Of a DNA stretch of 64,000 bases, positions 26,330-38,820 are shown one piece after another. Numbering within the stretch: position 1 is the stretch's first letter; every line of letters begins with the position of its first letter. The notes below the pieces were generated by a model. That model worked only from the letters and a program-made list of their open reading frames with translations, did no database searches and had not been told where the DNA came from. Where the stretch lies: contig NC_090372.1 in assembly GCF_036365525.1 (NCBI RefSeq), positions 33,289,437 to 33,353,436 of the forward strand. The letters are read 5' to 3'. The translations under genes and the position numbers were made by a program. This DNA comes from Heterodontus francisci. Its lineage: Eukaryota.

Positions 26330-26505
26330 CAAAATAAAAACAAGAAATGCTGGAAACACTCAGCAGGTCTGGCAGCATCTGTGGAGAGAGAAGCAGAGTT
26401 AACGTTTCAGGTTAGTGACCCTTCAGAACTGGCAAATATTAGAAATGTAAAAAGGTTATAAGTAAAATGGGGGTGGGGCAAGAGATAACAAAGGAGAAGG
26501 TGTAG
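26330..26505 (-). mobile_element. Penelope-like terminal-repeat fragment
   Basis: Matches the terminal repeat at 12430-12600, 52480-52620 and 63610-63790. Confidence 0.75.
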
Positions 26506-27626
26506 TTATCACTGGCATGATTCCAATGATAACAACATTTGCCACTGTCAGTCCATAATTTCACAACAGAAGCACACTGTACCCCTCGAGTATGAAAGCA
26601 AGTTCCTTCAACCGGGTAATTTTTGGTAATAGCAAGATTGCTATAAATAGCAATAATTATGAACCCTTGATCTAACAGAGACCACTTACAAGTATTAAAA
26701 TCACAAACCTTTGACAAAGTCACAATACCAAATAATTTTAAAACACTATAGCATAAGAACTCTTCACTCAACCTAGCCACATTTTACCAATCCCAGTGCA
26801 ACTCTCACTAAATGATCTTCAGATCAGAAGAACACAACTTTATTTCACTGGTCTGATACATACACTTCAAAACACATTAGCTCCAACAGTTGAAGAGGGC
26901 CTACCAAGCTATTGTTCTCTGGGCTGGAGCACTGAGTTTATCACTTTACCTGACCTTAGTACAAATGGCTTTTATTTACTAAAGTTGGAATCCATTCATC
27001 TTTCCTAATGATTAATTAAACTTCCACCATAAAAACCAGCTAACAAAGGTAGATTAAAGGCATGATTAGGATTGATGCAAGTTGTATTCATGCATTACAC
27101 TGCAAGCGTGGGAAAATAATTTATACTGTACTGTGTACGTGTAGCAATAGAATTCCCACGGTAAAGTTATTTCACTACAGATTATGACTCCTGTGGTGGA
27201 CACACCTTACCAAGCGTGGGAAAGTGCTACACAATAGGTCGGTAGACATCATTAAAGATTAAACCACACAGATTAGTTATTCCTTCCAAGGTGAATATAT
27301 GCCAACAAATGCTGTTTCAGCAGTTAACCCATCACTTATAAAACAGTACTGGAGTACAATAACATTAGAGTAGCACATATTTTGTAAGTTTTGTACAGGT
27401 TGCATTTAATTTCAGCCCTTTATTGTATATCAGTTTAGCTATGGCAGCATTTCAGGTAAATTGAAATTGAATTCATTACCACTATTGACTGACCATCAGC
27501 TTGCTGTTCAGAAACAGAGGAGTTCCCATTTTCACTATACCTTTCATTTCCAGAATCCTGCCTGTCTTACAGAGGTTTATCTAAAATCCTCTATGATAAT
27601 GCTGGTGTTGGGAATTCTGGACTTAC

Positions 27627-27683
27627 CTTTATGGTTGGTGTGGGCTTATTGGCATCAAATCGGTGGTTCATATTGGTGGTCAT
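27627..27683 (-). CDS. GMNN: Geminin coding exon 1 (start codon); full model 216 aa, join of 6 exons 15289-27683
   Basis: MTTNMNHRFDANKPTPTIK then GTAAGT donor; resembles the amphibian geminin N-terminus as recalled; AAG acceptor at 27692-27694. Confidence 0.82.
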
Positions 27684-28054
27684 TGTTAGAGCTTAGGAGG
27701 GGCAGGGGTGGGTAGGAAAGAAAATAAGATGTCAGTCAAAAGCACCAACTTTAAAAAAAAAGTACATACAGGAAAAGGTTCCAAATGCCTTTGCCTTCCT
27801 TTTTTTAAAAATGTTATTCCCTTCTTCTTGACAAACTGCTCATAAATGATGGCTGCCCCCTCACAGGTTGCGTTTTATTTGTAGCATTTCCAGCCAGATG
27901 CCAAATTACTTATGCATTGAGCCTCAACTCCCAGAACAAACACCCATCCTCTTACAGCAGATTCAGACAGGTACTGGTAAGCTGAGGATAAACAAAGAAA
28001 GAATGCATTTCAACACTCAGCTTCAATGACATTAAAAGTGACTGACCCAAAAAA

Positions 28055-28478
28055 GTTAGCATTTATATAGCACCTTTCACGACCACCAAGTGTTTCAAAA
28101 GCATTTTACAGCCAATGAAGTTCTTTATGTAGCCACTGTTGCAATGTAGGAAATGCAACAGCCAATTTGTACATAGCAAACTCCCACAAAAGCATGGGCT
28201 AATGACAAAATTATCTGTGTCTTATGGGAAACACTGGCTAGGACACTGGGGATAAATCTCCTGCTCTTCTTTGAAATAGTGCCATGGGATTTTTTTTTTT
28301 GTTTTTTTACATCCACTCGACAGGGCCTTGGTTTTAACGTCTCGTCCAAAAGACGGCACTTCCTCAGTACTGCACTGGAGTGCCAGACTTGATTTGTGTG
28401 TTCAAGTCCTAGAGTGGGACTTGAACTGACAATCTACTGAGCCAAAGAGGAGTGCTACCAACTGAGCCATGGCTGACA
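28055..28478 (-). mobile_element. tRNA-derived DeuSINE-like (SacSINE1-like) element
   Basis: Minus-strand A box TGGCTCAGTTGG, B box GTTCAAGTCCC; Deu-like core GAGACGTTAAAACCAAGGCCC...TCCCATGGCACTATTTCAAAGAAGAGCAGG. Confidence 0.7.
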
Positions 28479-30614
28479 CCTTAAAGATTTATGCAATCTG
28501 AGAAACCATAAATGACAACATTTGAGAAGTCCATGGTAAGGTTTATGGAGAGAAATTAGAGGCCCTGCTTAAAAAAAAGGCTTCGGCATCCTGCTATATT
28601 AGATTGCTTCAAGTTTGTCCATAATCTTAACACACTTTAACTTGTTCTCTCATCTCAAACGTTATGCTAGCTTGACTATCAAAAAGGCCGCATTAACTTA
28701 ACCCCTTTAGTGTAAAGTCTGAAATTTAACTTTACGGCAAAATTGCAGATGAGTTGAGAATTTTCCATAATCAAAATCACTAAAATTGCAGTGAGTACAA
28801 ATATGGAACACAAGGCATAAACACTACATTTATTTTACAATTAATTAGGTTTAGAACTTCTCCCCTTCCCATTAAAGAGGTTATAAGAGCTAGGTAAAGG
28901 AGACATGCTTATTACATTTCCACATTTTTTTCAAGGCTATGCTGATGCACAATTGTACAGACTCATTGGTGGGCTTACCTGTGTAGAGAAACAGGTTTCA
29001 CAAAAAACAAGCAGGGCTTGAAGTTGAGGAATGACCATTCATTTCAATCACTCTATGCAAACATCCCCCAGGTTTACAGGTTCAATGCACCATTTTAAGG
29101 AGCCAGCAATGGGTTAGAACATCAACCTTTCATTGCTTAGACCTGCATTTGAACTCAGCCCAGGCTAATGAATGGAAGCACTGCAAAAATTGCCTTGGGC
29201 AGTCTCAAACCAGGTGACAGTGATTGAAATTGGGAGCACAGATCTACTGCAATTTGACACTAATTACTTAGCTTTTCACAGTGCCTACTAGAATGGCTGA
29301 CGAGCTGAAATGTCACATGGGTCACAGAAATTAAGTGCTGATGTAGAGGTGACAGCATATTGTTCAGCCAGAATAGCAGCTCTGCCCCCACATTACAACA
29401 TGTACTTGATGGACAGGGTTGGAAGATATTCCAGTTCACAGTACAGACAGTCTTCACCTTCCTGAACATAAAAATGCAAAAAAGGCAGTTTAAAAAAAAG
29501 TCAGACCAATGTGTTTGCATTGGTGGTATGCCTGAATCAGCGCAGTATATTTAACTGAGTAGTTCCCCATAGCATATTCGTTATTTGGACAGAAGGGTCT
29601 TTATTAAAAAGGAAATCAGGAGCAAAGGAGCAACAGTAGTCCTCGACCAGTAGCAGGCTTGCTGCACTGTAATCAGCTGAGAAAACTAGTGGGAGAATAT
29701 TTATACTTCCTCAAAAAAGCTAATTTGGTCTTTCATAGTATCGCACAAGAATGTAATCTACATAAATAGCCATTTTATAAAAGGCGAGGTAAACTGCAGT
29801 AGTGTGTATGAGAAGTAACTATTTTTCTTTCAGCCACCAGAAGCTACCAAAGCTCCACAGAAAGTTTTACAACCTATCTTATTTCAACATCTTTCATGTA
29901 CCCTCAAATCATATTTGCCTTCTACCCGTCCAGATCCACATTATCTTGGAAGGATGGTTTTGTGTTAATACAAAATAAAATTTATGTTGACAACTTTTGC
30001 TCCACAGCAACCAGATAGAACCTTAACGTACCTAAAATGCCCTTAAAATAATTTTTAAAATTTATAATTCGTTTATACCAGACAACATCTAGCCTTGGAT
30101 TTCAGTACTCTGAGTAAAAGTGTCATGACCTAACTGGAACTAAAGGGTGTTCGCTTCCAGCTTTCCGCTGATACACAAGCGAGCGATCAATGTCAGGAAA
30201 CAACTCAGATGGAAAGAACAGTTACTGCAGACATGATCCGTACCGCCCGTGTCAGTAGGAAGCACCCCATACCGTTCGAATGGAGATCATCACTCCTCAT
30301 ATTCTCTCAGATCATTAGGTACCACGACACCCACCCAGAAAATGATTCTACTGCCGCTTTAGTTAATGAAAAAACTCCATGAAAGAAAATCAAACCACTG
30401 ACAGCCGCCGATCCAGTTTCCCGGTAGGGATCCATTTCTTCCCCCCCACCCCCACCCCAAGGGACTCTTACCCCAGACACAGTCCGGCATGGGCTCGGCC
30501 AGGCCCTGAAGGGGGTCCCTCACAGCCTGTACACGTTCGGACCAAAACTGAGCGTCTCAATTTACACAATTTTTTTTTTGTAAAGCACACAGCAAACAGT
30601 CGCAGATGACTCAC

Positions 30615-30740
30615 CGTCAGTCTATGTCTCTCTAGGTTTAGTTCCCCACCCCTGCGGGCTGGGTGGCACGAACAGAGGTGCTCCGTTCCTGTGATACTAC
30701 ACTAACCGCCAACCACCCGCCCTCGCGCTCTCTCCCTCCG
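30615..30740 (-). other. GMNN: Probable non-coding first exon of GMNN
   Basis: Strong donor G|GTGAGT at 30609-30615 directly below the CpG-rich promoter; TSS position is estimated. Confidence 0.55.
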
Positions 30741-31020
30741 GGTATTTTTGCCGCCTTTGGATCGAGGTTAAAATATCCTCCGGTCACGTGACGGAAGGTG
30801 GGCGGGGAAAGCGAAAGGCGCTGTGGGTAAAGGGGTGGCGGGGTCGACAACAAAAACAGTAAAAGACGTTTCTTTATCCTACAAATATAGCCTAGGAAAC
30901 GTAAATTGAGAGATATTAAAATATTTAAAGTTAATTGGCTATCTAAACGGCCATCGGCAAGTACATGGAGGTCACGTGACAGTGACCCCGTTTGAATCGA
31001 GCGGGTCCAACACGTGCTCA
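30720..31020 (-). promoter_or_regulatory. GMNN CpG-rich promoter (E2F-like sites, GC boxes, E-boxes)
   Basis: TTTTTGCCGCC (~30745), GGGCGGGGAAA (~30800), GTCACGTGAC at 30783 and 30971, CACGTG at 31011, TTTGAA at 30991. Confidence 0.65.
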
Positions 31021-31634
31021 AGCTTGTGACAACAAACTAAACGCTGCATAGACTTTACATATACAACAACGCACAGGATCAGGCCATTCAGCACAACCAG
31101 TCTGTGCCGGCGTTTATGCTCCATTGCAGCCTCCTCCCATTCTCATTTAACTCTCATAAGCAAAACCCTCTATTTATTCATTTCTCTCTCATGTGCTTGT
31201 CCAGCCTCCTCTTGACTTAAACCACTCCCTGAAAAAGTGAGTTCCACATACCCATCTACTTCTTCTGAATTACCTTTTTGGTTTCTTGGTGACTATCTCA
31301 TATTAACAGCCTCTAGCTTTGCTGGGTCACAACCCCCAACAAAAACACTGCCGGTGTACCAACACCACATTGACTGCAGCGGTCCAGGAAGGTGGATCAC
31401 CACCCCCTTCTCCAGGGCAATAAAAACTGGCCTTGCCAGTGATGCTCACATCCCAGGAATGAATAATAAAAAGCAAACTGCGATGGGAGCTCAGGAGCAG
31501 CCGCTTACTAAAACCTGGCCAAACTGTTATAGAGTTAGCAACCAAATCAATCTCCCCACTTCATTAAAAGCAAAATACTGCAGATGCTGGAAATCTGAAA
31601 TATTCTTGTTTTTATTCCTCACTTCATTAATTGA

Positions 31635-31905
31635 CCCACCCACATTCATACCCACAATTCATTTACTCCCCATCCACATTTGTAACCTCAATTCCTTTAC
31701 CCCACACCTATGCCCTCAATTCCCCTACTCCCCACTCACATGCATATCCTTAATTCCCCACCCACATTCATGCCCACAATTCATTTACTCCCCATCCACA
31801 TTTGTAACCTCAATTCCTTTACCCCACACCTATGCCCTCAATTCCCCTACTCCCCACTCACATGCATATCCTTAATTCCCCACCCACATTCATGCCCTCA
31901 ATTTC
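31635..31905. repeat. ~122-bp tandem repeat (~2.2 copies) built from ~30-bp C-rich subunits
   Basis: CCCACCCACATTCAT recurs at 31635, 31757 and 31879. Confidence 0.85.
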
Positions 31906-32409
31906 CTGCCCCCAGCCAGATTCGTACTCGCCACTCTCATTCCATTGCACACTGAAACCCTCTATTTCTATATGCGGGTACATTTCTGATTTTTACGAAA
32001 AGTCCTTCATTGGCTGTAAAGCAGTTTGGAGCTTCCTGAGTTAATAAAATTTACTACGTAAATACGAGTCTTCCTTTCTCAACACCTCCCACAATAATAC
32101 TCCATCTGACTCTCTCCCAGTATAAATTCCACCACTCCTGAAACCTCCATATAACCTTTCATTTCCTGACTCCCTTTCTCAATAAAATTCCACTATTCCC
32201 CTCATCACCTTCCGTGCTGAAATCCTCCATTGCCTAACCCTTCCTATACTCTCTCTCCACTGAACTTCAACTCTCCAGTTCAAACCTCTGGATTAATCCT
32301 TCATCTTGTAATGAAACGATTGAATAACAATATAAATATAAAATCCCACTTAAGAGTATAACAGCGCTCAATCAATCCATCCCCACTAATTTACATGAAT
32401 TTCGCTAGA

Positions 32410-32700
32410 GTAAAAGGTCACGCTCAGGGTCAGAAGCAAACACGTGACATGCCGTGACGTACGCTGGTCTGTTTACATAGTTTGAAATTAAACTGGAATT
32501 TGAAAAATTATAACAATAATACAAAACATTGACGTTTGTACGCTAACAAAATATGTTAAGTTTAAAAAGATGTTTTTTTTTTAAAACAAGTTTTGCAGTG
32601 AGTGGGTTGTGACGTCAGTGCAGCCATCTTGCCCCGGAGAGGCGGTGGCGGTGGCGGAGCAGTAGCTTTAGCAGCAGCTTGTAGTTTTTGGGGAGGGAGG
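32410..32700 (+). promoter_or_regulatory. C6orf62 promoter / TSS region
   Basis: CACGTGAC at 32441, GTGACGTA at ~32454, full CRE TGACGTCA at 32610-32617, YY1 motif GCCATCTT at 32623-32630, then GGC repeats. Confidence 0.65.
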
Positions 32701-33009
32701 GGACGAAGGACCACAGCATCTGGAGCGGGGAGTGAGAGGCAGGGAGAGAAAAGCGGATAGATAGAGAGCAGGCCAGGGCAGGTCTCCATAGCGAACGTTG
32801 TGAGGGAGAGAGAAATCTACCCGGAGGCAGGCTGAAGTACCCGAGGGCCAGGCCGCTTCTTTGTGCGGTTTTCTCAAACCAGTAGCCCGCTTTAAGACTA
32901 TGGGTGATCGAGAGCGCAGAGAGCGCGGTTCGCTCACACTGACGGGTTTGACCGGGTTCGTGGTCTCTTCTTGACATGGGCGGGGAGTGACATTGAACGT
33001 TGGTTTGCA

Positions 33010-33041
<32 letters not shown>
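33010..33041. repeat. (TA)n microsatellite
   Basis: Direct reading. Confidence 0.9.
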
Positions 33042-33935
33042 GTTAAACATAAACAGCTTAGGAGAGGACGGCAGAGAGAAAACCAAAACAAAAAAAGGAA
33101 GCAGCAGAAACTCAACATCTGAGCGAGAGGATCTGAAGGAACAAACATGATAAATGATTTAATTTTTTTTGTTTTGTTTTTCAGTGCAAGGAAATGTCAG
33201 GAAACGGGGTAAAGGTTTGCCACCATGGTGTTGATTGAACTCGTCTCTTTGATAAAGTTAGAAATGTCTTTTGCTTGGTTTTTTGTTTGTTTCTGCCTAG
33301 GTGCCAGTGAGCAGCGCCATGTAGTTGATGTGCCAGCGCAATCCTCCTCTTTCCCTTTTATTGTCTACCCTTAAAACAACAAAAAAAACAATCTAGTCAA
33401 ATATGTTTGAAGACAGCCATGTTGGAGGCTGTAGGTAGAGTTTTCAGGCTGATTTTTCTGTAAGAAGGCAAAATCCTGGCTTGTATGTAAACATGGGATC
33501 TGGCTGTGTCATTTCTGTGTCATCTTTGGGCACACGCAAATTGCAGTTAGGTGTTTAATTTGTTAGATTCATTGGCATCCATCATTGTAAACTAGTTTTA
33601 GTTCAGCGGGTTAAAATCTAGCATAATTTGGATTGCTTTGGTTTGTAGGTTTTGTTAATGTGAATTAAAAACAAAGTCTAATTTCCTGCACTCCCATGAA
33701 ACCATGTATATATAGGGACTGTTATCATGATTGGACTCTGGCCTACATTTATCCTAAGTTTTTGCACAACACCGTTTTAGACTTTCTGGTCTAGTAGTTG
33801 TGGTAGAATTTTTTTTTTCAGTTAGCACTACCAGACTTGTTCTGTTGCACTGTTTTCTTTTGAGAGAAATTGCCCTTATTAGGTTTTGTCAGTTTCTGGT
33901 AAGCTAGAAACAGGGTTGCCACTCATCCAAACAAA

Positions 33936-34064
33936 ATGGGTGACCCAAACTCTCGGAAGAACCAGACTTTGAATCGACTGCGTGCTCAACTTAGAAAGAA
34001 GAAAGAATCTCTGGCAGATCAGTTTGACTTCAAGATGTACATTGCCTTTGTATTCAAAGATAAG
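33936..34064 (+). CDS. C6orf62: C6orf62 homolog coding exon 1; full model 230 aa, 5 exons 33936-45207
   Basis: [43 protein letters not shown] then GTAGGT; nearly identical to the human N-terminus as recalled. Confidence 0.96.
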
Positions 34065-34946
34065 GTAGGTATTTTATTTTGTCTTGTCTCAACACATGTG
34101 GCAGCACTAAAATTTAGAACAGTTGGTACCCACCAGACATGGAATTGTGACATATGTAGAATGGCAATAAGAAGTTCTGATTTCTATTTAGAGTGTAATA
34201 TTAGACTGCATTTACGCTGATGTTTCTGATCTCAGAATGGCTGTATTGTGGGTTCCAGCCAGGCAGCCACATTGACATTGGCTGGAGCTATACCAGTTAT
34301 GTGTCGAAGAGAGAGCTCTGACATGCCTGTATCCAGATGTGGGCAGACCTTTCTGGAAAGTCAGGAAGGAATAATTCCTGCTATTGGGTGGGTTTATAAA
34401 ATGATAGTTACAGTGGACCCCTCAAGCACTTAATTTACACTCTGGCATCTGACTGTCCCAGGGAATCTTGTTTACCTTGCTCCAAAATTAGGTTGGGCCC
34501 TAATTTTGAAATTACACTGTCAGTTTAGCTTGGATATAAAGTTTAAATTGCTTTGCCCTTTACTCATAAACTGCAGGGTAAAATTCAAATTGTCTGCAAA
34601 AAAAAAAAACTTGCTTAGAGGTAGAATGGATTTCATTTGAATGATTCTAGCCTTGTTGTTTCTCCTGCCCTTTCTTGACTTATTCCACTATCTCTTTGCT
34701 ATCTTCACATTTGCATGCTGTGTAGTCCCAAATTCAAAGGTCCATTTGGTGGTGTCAACCAAAATTTGTGAATGTCCACATTGCGTTTCTGGTAATGCAC
34801 TGTTAATGTATTTGTCTTAATGTATTGCCATCTCATACTGTGGAGACCAAAATATACACCTAAAGCCACTCAAATATCTTGCACTGCTTTCATCAACATC
34901 TAGGAACATAGGAACGTGATAGGCCATTTCATCGCTCAAGCCTGAT

Positions 34947-36290
34947 CTGCCAATCATTGAGTTCTTTGAAGGAGTAGCATGCGCTGTAGATAAAGGGGAA
35001 CCCATTGATGTACTTGGATTTCCAGAAGCATTTGACAAGGTGCCACATAAAAGGTTATTGCGCAAAGTAGAAGCTCATGGTGTAGGGGGTAACATAGCAT
35101 GGATAGAAGATTGGCTGGCTGGCTGGCAGACAACAGAGTATGCATAAATGGGTCCTTTTCTGATTGGCAGGATGTGACAAGTGGAGTCCTGCAGGGGTCT
35201 GTGCTGGGGCCTCAACTTTTTACAATTTATATCAATGACTTGGGTGAGGGGAGCGATGGCATGGTAGCTAAATTTGCAAATGACACAAAGATAGGTAGGA
35301 AAGTATGTTGTGAAGAATATGAAAGGAGCTGGTAACTGATATAGATAGATTGAGTGAGTAGGCAAAAATTGGCAGATGGACTATAATGTGGAAAAATGTG
35401 AAGTTGTTCACTTTGGCAGGAAAAATAAAAAAGCAGAGTATTTCTTAAATGGAGAATGACTGCAGAGTTCCGAGGTGCAGAGGGGTCTTGGTGTTCTAGT
35501 GCATGAGTCACAACAAGTTAGTATGCAGGTACAGCAAGTAATAAAGAAGGTTAATGGATGCTATCCTTTATTACGAGAGGAATTGAAAATAAAGGTAAGG
35601 ATGTTATGCTTACATTATACAGGGTGGTGTGACCACATCTCGAATACCGTGTGCAGTTTTGGTCTCCTTGTTTAAGGAAGGATGTAAATGTATTGGATAC
35701 AATTCAGAGGAGGTTTACTAGATTGATACCTGGAATGAGTGGGTTGTCTTCTGAGGAAAGGTTGGACAGACTGGGCTTATTTTCACTGAAGTTTAGAAGA
35801 GTGAGGGGAGACTTGATTGAAGTATAAAAGATCCTGAACGGTGTTGACAAGGTGGATGTGGAAAGGATGTTTCCTCTTGTGGGTGAGTCCAGAACTCGGG
35901 GGCACTGTTTGAAAATTAGGGGTCACCCATTTAAGACAGAGATGAGGAGAAATGTTTTCTCTGAGGGTTGTGCAACTTTGGAAGTCTCTGCCTCAGAAGG
36001 AGGTGGAAGTGGGGGTCATTGAATATTTTTAATGCGGAGTTAGATAGATTCTTGTTAGGCATGAAATCAAAGATTATCGGGGGTAGATGGGAATGTGGAA
36101 TTGGAGACACAGGTCATTGAATATTTTTAAGGTGGAGGTAGATAGATTCTTGTTAGGCATGGGAATCGAATTATCGGCGGTAGATGGGAGTGTGGAATTG
36201 GAGACACAAACCAATCAGCCATGATCTTATTGAATGGCAGAGCAGGCTCGAGGGGCCGAATGACCTACTTCTGCTCCTAGTTCGTATGTT
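34947..36290 (+). mobile_element. CR1 LINE 3' fragment with ~98-bp tandem duplication near its end
   Basis: DFQKAFDKVPH, SGVLQGSVLGPQLFTIYINDL, KFANDTK; block GGTCATTGAATATTTTTAA...GGAGACACA repeated at ~36014 and ~36112. Confidence 0.85.
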
Positions 36291-36920
36291 CATATGTAGA
36301 TTGTGGCTGATCTGTGACCGAACTCCATATAACTGCCTTTGCCTCATATCCTTAATACCTGTGGTTAACAAAAATCTATCAAATTGATTTAAAATTAACA
36401 AGCATCATTTGCCATTTGCAGAAGAGAGTTCCAACCTTTGTGTGTAGAAATCTTTCCTAATTTCACACCTGAAAGGTCTGGCTCTAATATTTAGGCTATG
36501 ACCCCTTGCCCTAGATTCACCAACCAGCAGAAATAGTTTCTCTCCATCCTATCTGTTCCCTTTTATCTCAAAACCTTTGTTCAAATCATCCTTTAACCTT
36601 CTGAATTCCAGAGAATATAGCCTTAGTTTGTGTAATTGCTTGTGATTTAACCCTTAGAATTCAGTTATCATTCTGGTAAATCTACAACGCAATCTCTCCA
36701 AGAGCAATATATCCTTCTTACGCTGTTGTGCCCAGAACTGAACAACATACTGCAGGCTTTATATAGTTGTAGCATAGCATCTCACCCCTTGTATTCTAGT
36801 TCTCTAGATATGAAGGCCTTTTGATTATTTTCGGTTCCTGTTTATGACATTTTAATCTCTACCTGGACCCCCATGTCTCTCTGCGCCTCCACTGTTTGTT
36901 TCTAGCTTTTCACCATTTAA
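36290..36920 (-). mobile_element. CR1 LINE 3' fragment (tail-to-tail with the preceding copy)
   Basis: Reverse complement has the CR1 tail GGTCACAGATCAGCCACAATC and VQFWAQ remnants. Confidence 0.7.
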
Positions 36921-36944
36921 AAGGTTCTCTTTTCTATCCTTTCT

Positions 36945-37500
36945 CTCATATACGTTGATGACACCAAGCTCTACCTCATGACCACCTCTCTGACCCCTCC
37001 ACTGCCTAAATTGTCAGATTGCTTATCCGACATCCAGTGTTGGATGAGCAGAAATTTCCTCCAATTAAATATTGGGAAGACTGAAGTAATTGTTTTCAGT
37101 CCCTGCCACAAACTTTGCTCCCTAGCCACCGATTGCATTCCTCTTCCTGATAACTGTTTGCAGCCTTGAAGTTCTATTTGATGCCAATATGAGCATCCAA
37201 CCACTTATCCGCACCATCACTAAGACTGCCTATTTCCACCGTAGTAACATTACTGATTCTGCTTCTGCCTCAGCTCATCTGCTGCTGAAACTCTCAAACA
37301 TGCTTTGTTACCTCCAGATTTGACTATTTTATTGCACTCCTGGATGGCCTCCCATGTTCTACCCTCCGTAATCTTGAGCTCATCCAAAACTCTGCTGCTT
37401 GTGTCCTAAATTGCACCAAGTCCCATTCACTCATCACCCTGTGCTCCGGATTAAGCAACGCCTTGAGTTATAAAATTCGCATCCTGGTTTGCAAATCCCT
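36945..37500 (+). mobile_element. L2 LINE RT fragment
   Basis: YVDDTKLYL...LSDCLSDIQCWMSRNFLQLNIGKTEVIVF, typical of L2 RT. Confidence 0.8.
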
Positions 37501-38429
37501 TCACTGGCCAAAAGAACATATGTTAAAAGTACCTTTTCCTAGCTTTTGCACTAATTTCACCATTTGAGGTTTTGTGCCACTTCTTTCCTTGCCATCTAAT
37601 AGACCTAGTACTGTGCAGTACACCAGTCAGTTTTACAGCAACTTGAATTTCTGTTGTAGTCATCACAGAAAGGGAGACATCTCTGCATTATGTTAAGGAG
37701 GACAAAGCAGAGGGAAAGAGGGAGAACTGGAGAGAGGGTGTGAAATAAATGGAACAGCTGAAGAGATGGATTTTGAGGTTTTTGACAATGGAGTGCGAGG
37801 TGGCAAAACAGTGGGAGCTTACAGAAGTTTGAGAGGAGGAGTAGTTAGTCGCTGAGCAAGTGAACATGGACAATACAACCAGGGTGTTACAGGAGTGGAA
37901 GTAATGGACAAGGATGTATGGCAAAAGATCACATTTAACTTTCAAGGGGTTGAGATTGGGTTGAGAATTTTCGGGTCAACTTATTTGAAGAAGTCTGAGA
38001 AGTCAGTGCAGTTTGGCAAAGACTGGTATGTGGATCTTGAAATGTGAGGATATGGTATTTTGCATGATTAGTTACTGGAAAGTGCAAAGTATAATCAAAT
38101 GTAAAAATGTTCAACTGTCGGAGGGCTAATTTCAGTGAGATGAAGGGATCTGGCCCAGGTGGATTGGAATCAGATTCATAGGTAAAACAGTAAATGAGCA
38201 ATGGAAGGCTTTCAGAGAGGTAATAGTTCAGGTACAGACTGGTCACATTCTTCTGTCCTTGCTTTTGTATTCTGTTCCTCTCTTTATAAAGCCAAGAAAC
38301 ATGTACATTTTTTAAAAAAGTCTTCTCAATTTGTCCTGCCACATTCAAAGGCTTGTGTACATGCATCTGCCTGTGTTCCTGCGCCCCCTTAAAATTGGAC
38401 CATGTAGTTTATATTTTCTTCCCTCATTC

Positions 38430-38820
38430 TTCCTGTCAAATATTTCATGGAGTAGATTTGGGCAAGGAAAGAGAGCAACAATGCAGCATTCGATGATTCT
38501 GCCAGACTTGGCAGTGGACAGTCTGGTTGATCACTCACCATATACATTTGAGTTTGAGCCCATGGAAGCAGTTCTTGTACTGTGGGTGCGATGCCGGGAA
38601 GATGAGGGTATCAAAAGTGGAGACGAGGCTGCTGAGAGAAGCTACACATGTATCCATGTCACCCAGGATGGGAAGTAATAGAGAGGTTACTTCTGTGTTT
38701 GCGGGGGGTGAGGTAGGTCGGGGTGGGGGGGGGGGATAGAAAATGCCTATGGAGGACTTTGAGGTGGGGTTGGAGCGTGGAGATGAGAAAGAGGTCAGAA
38801 AGAGCTGTGCCATTGATTAA
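38430..38820 (-). mobile_element. L2-like ORF2 fragment
   Basis: Minus-strand SLSSLVSTFDTL...LKLKCIW...QVWQNH resembles the L2 EN-RT linker. Confidence 0.4.

Noticed and set aside
26397-26430. Active hammerhead at this copy (also 12492, 52526, 60604)
   Set aside because: Each has a deletion or substitution in CUGAUGA or GAAA, so they were kept only as evidence for the consensus.
31237-31875. 212-aa ORF between the promoters
   Set aside because: Runs through a LINE tail, a Penelope fragment and a minisatellite; low-complexity artefact.
31635-31905. CRISPR-like array
   Set aside because: Eukaryotic context and contiguous repeats without unique spacers.
32615-33148. 177-aa antisense ORF over the C6orf62 promoter
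   Set aside because: Passes through (TA)n and GC-rich promoter sequence; no recognisable domain.
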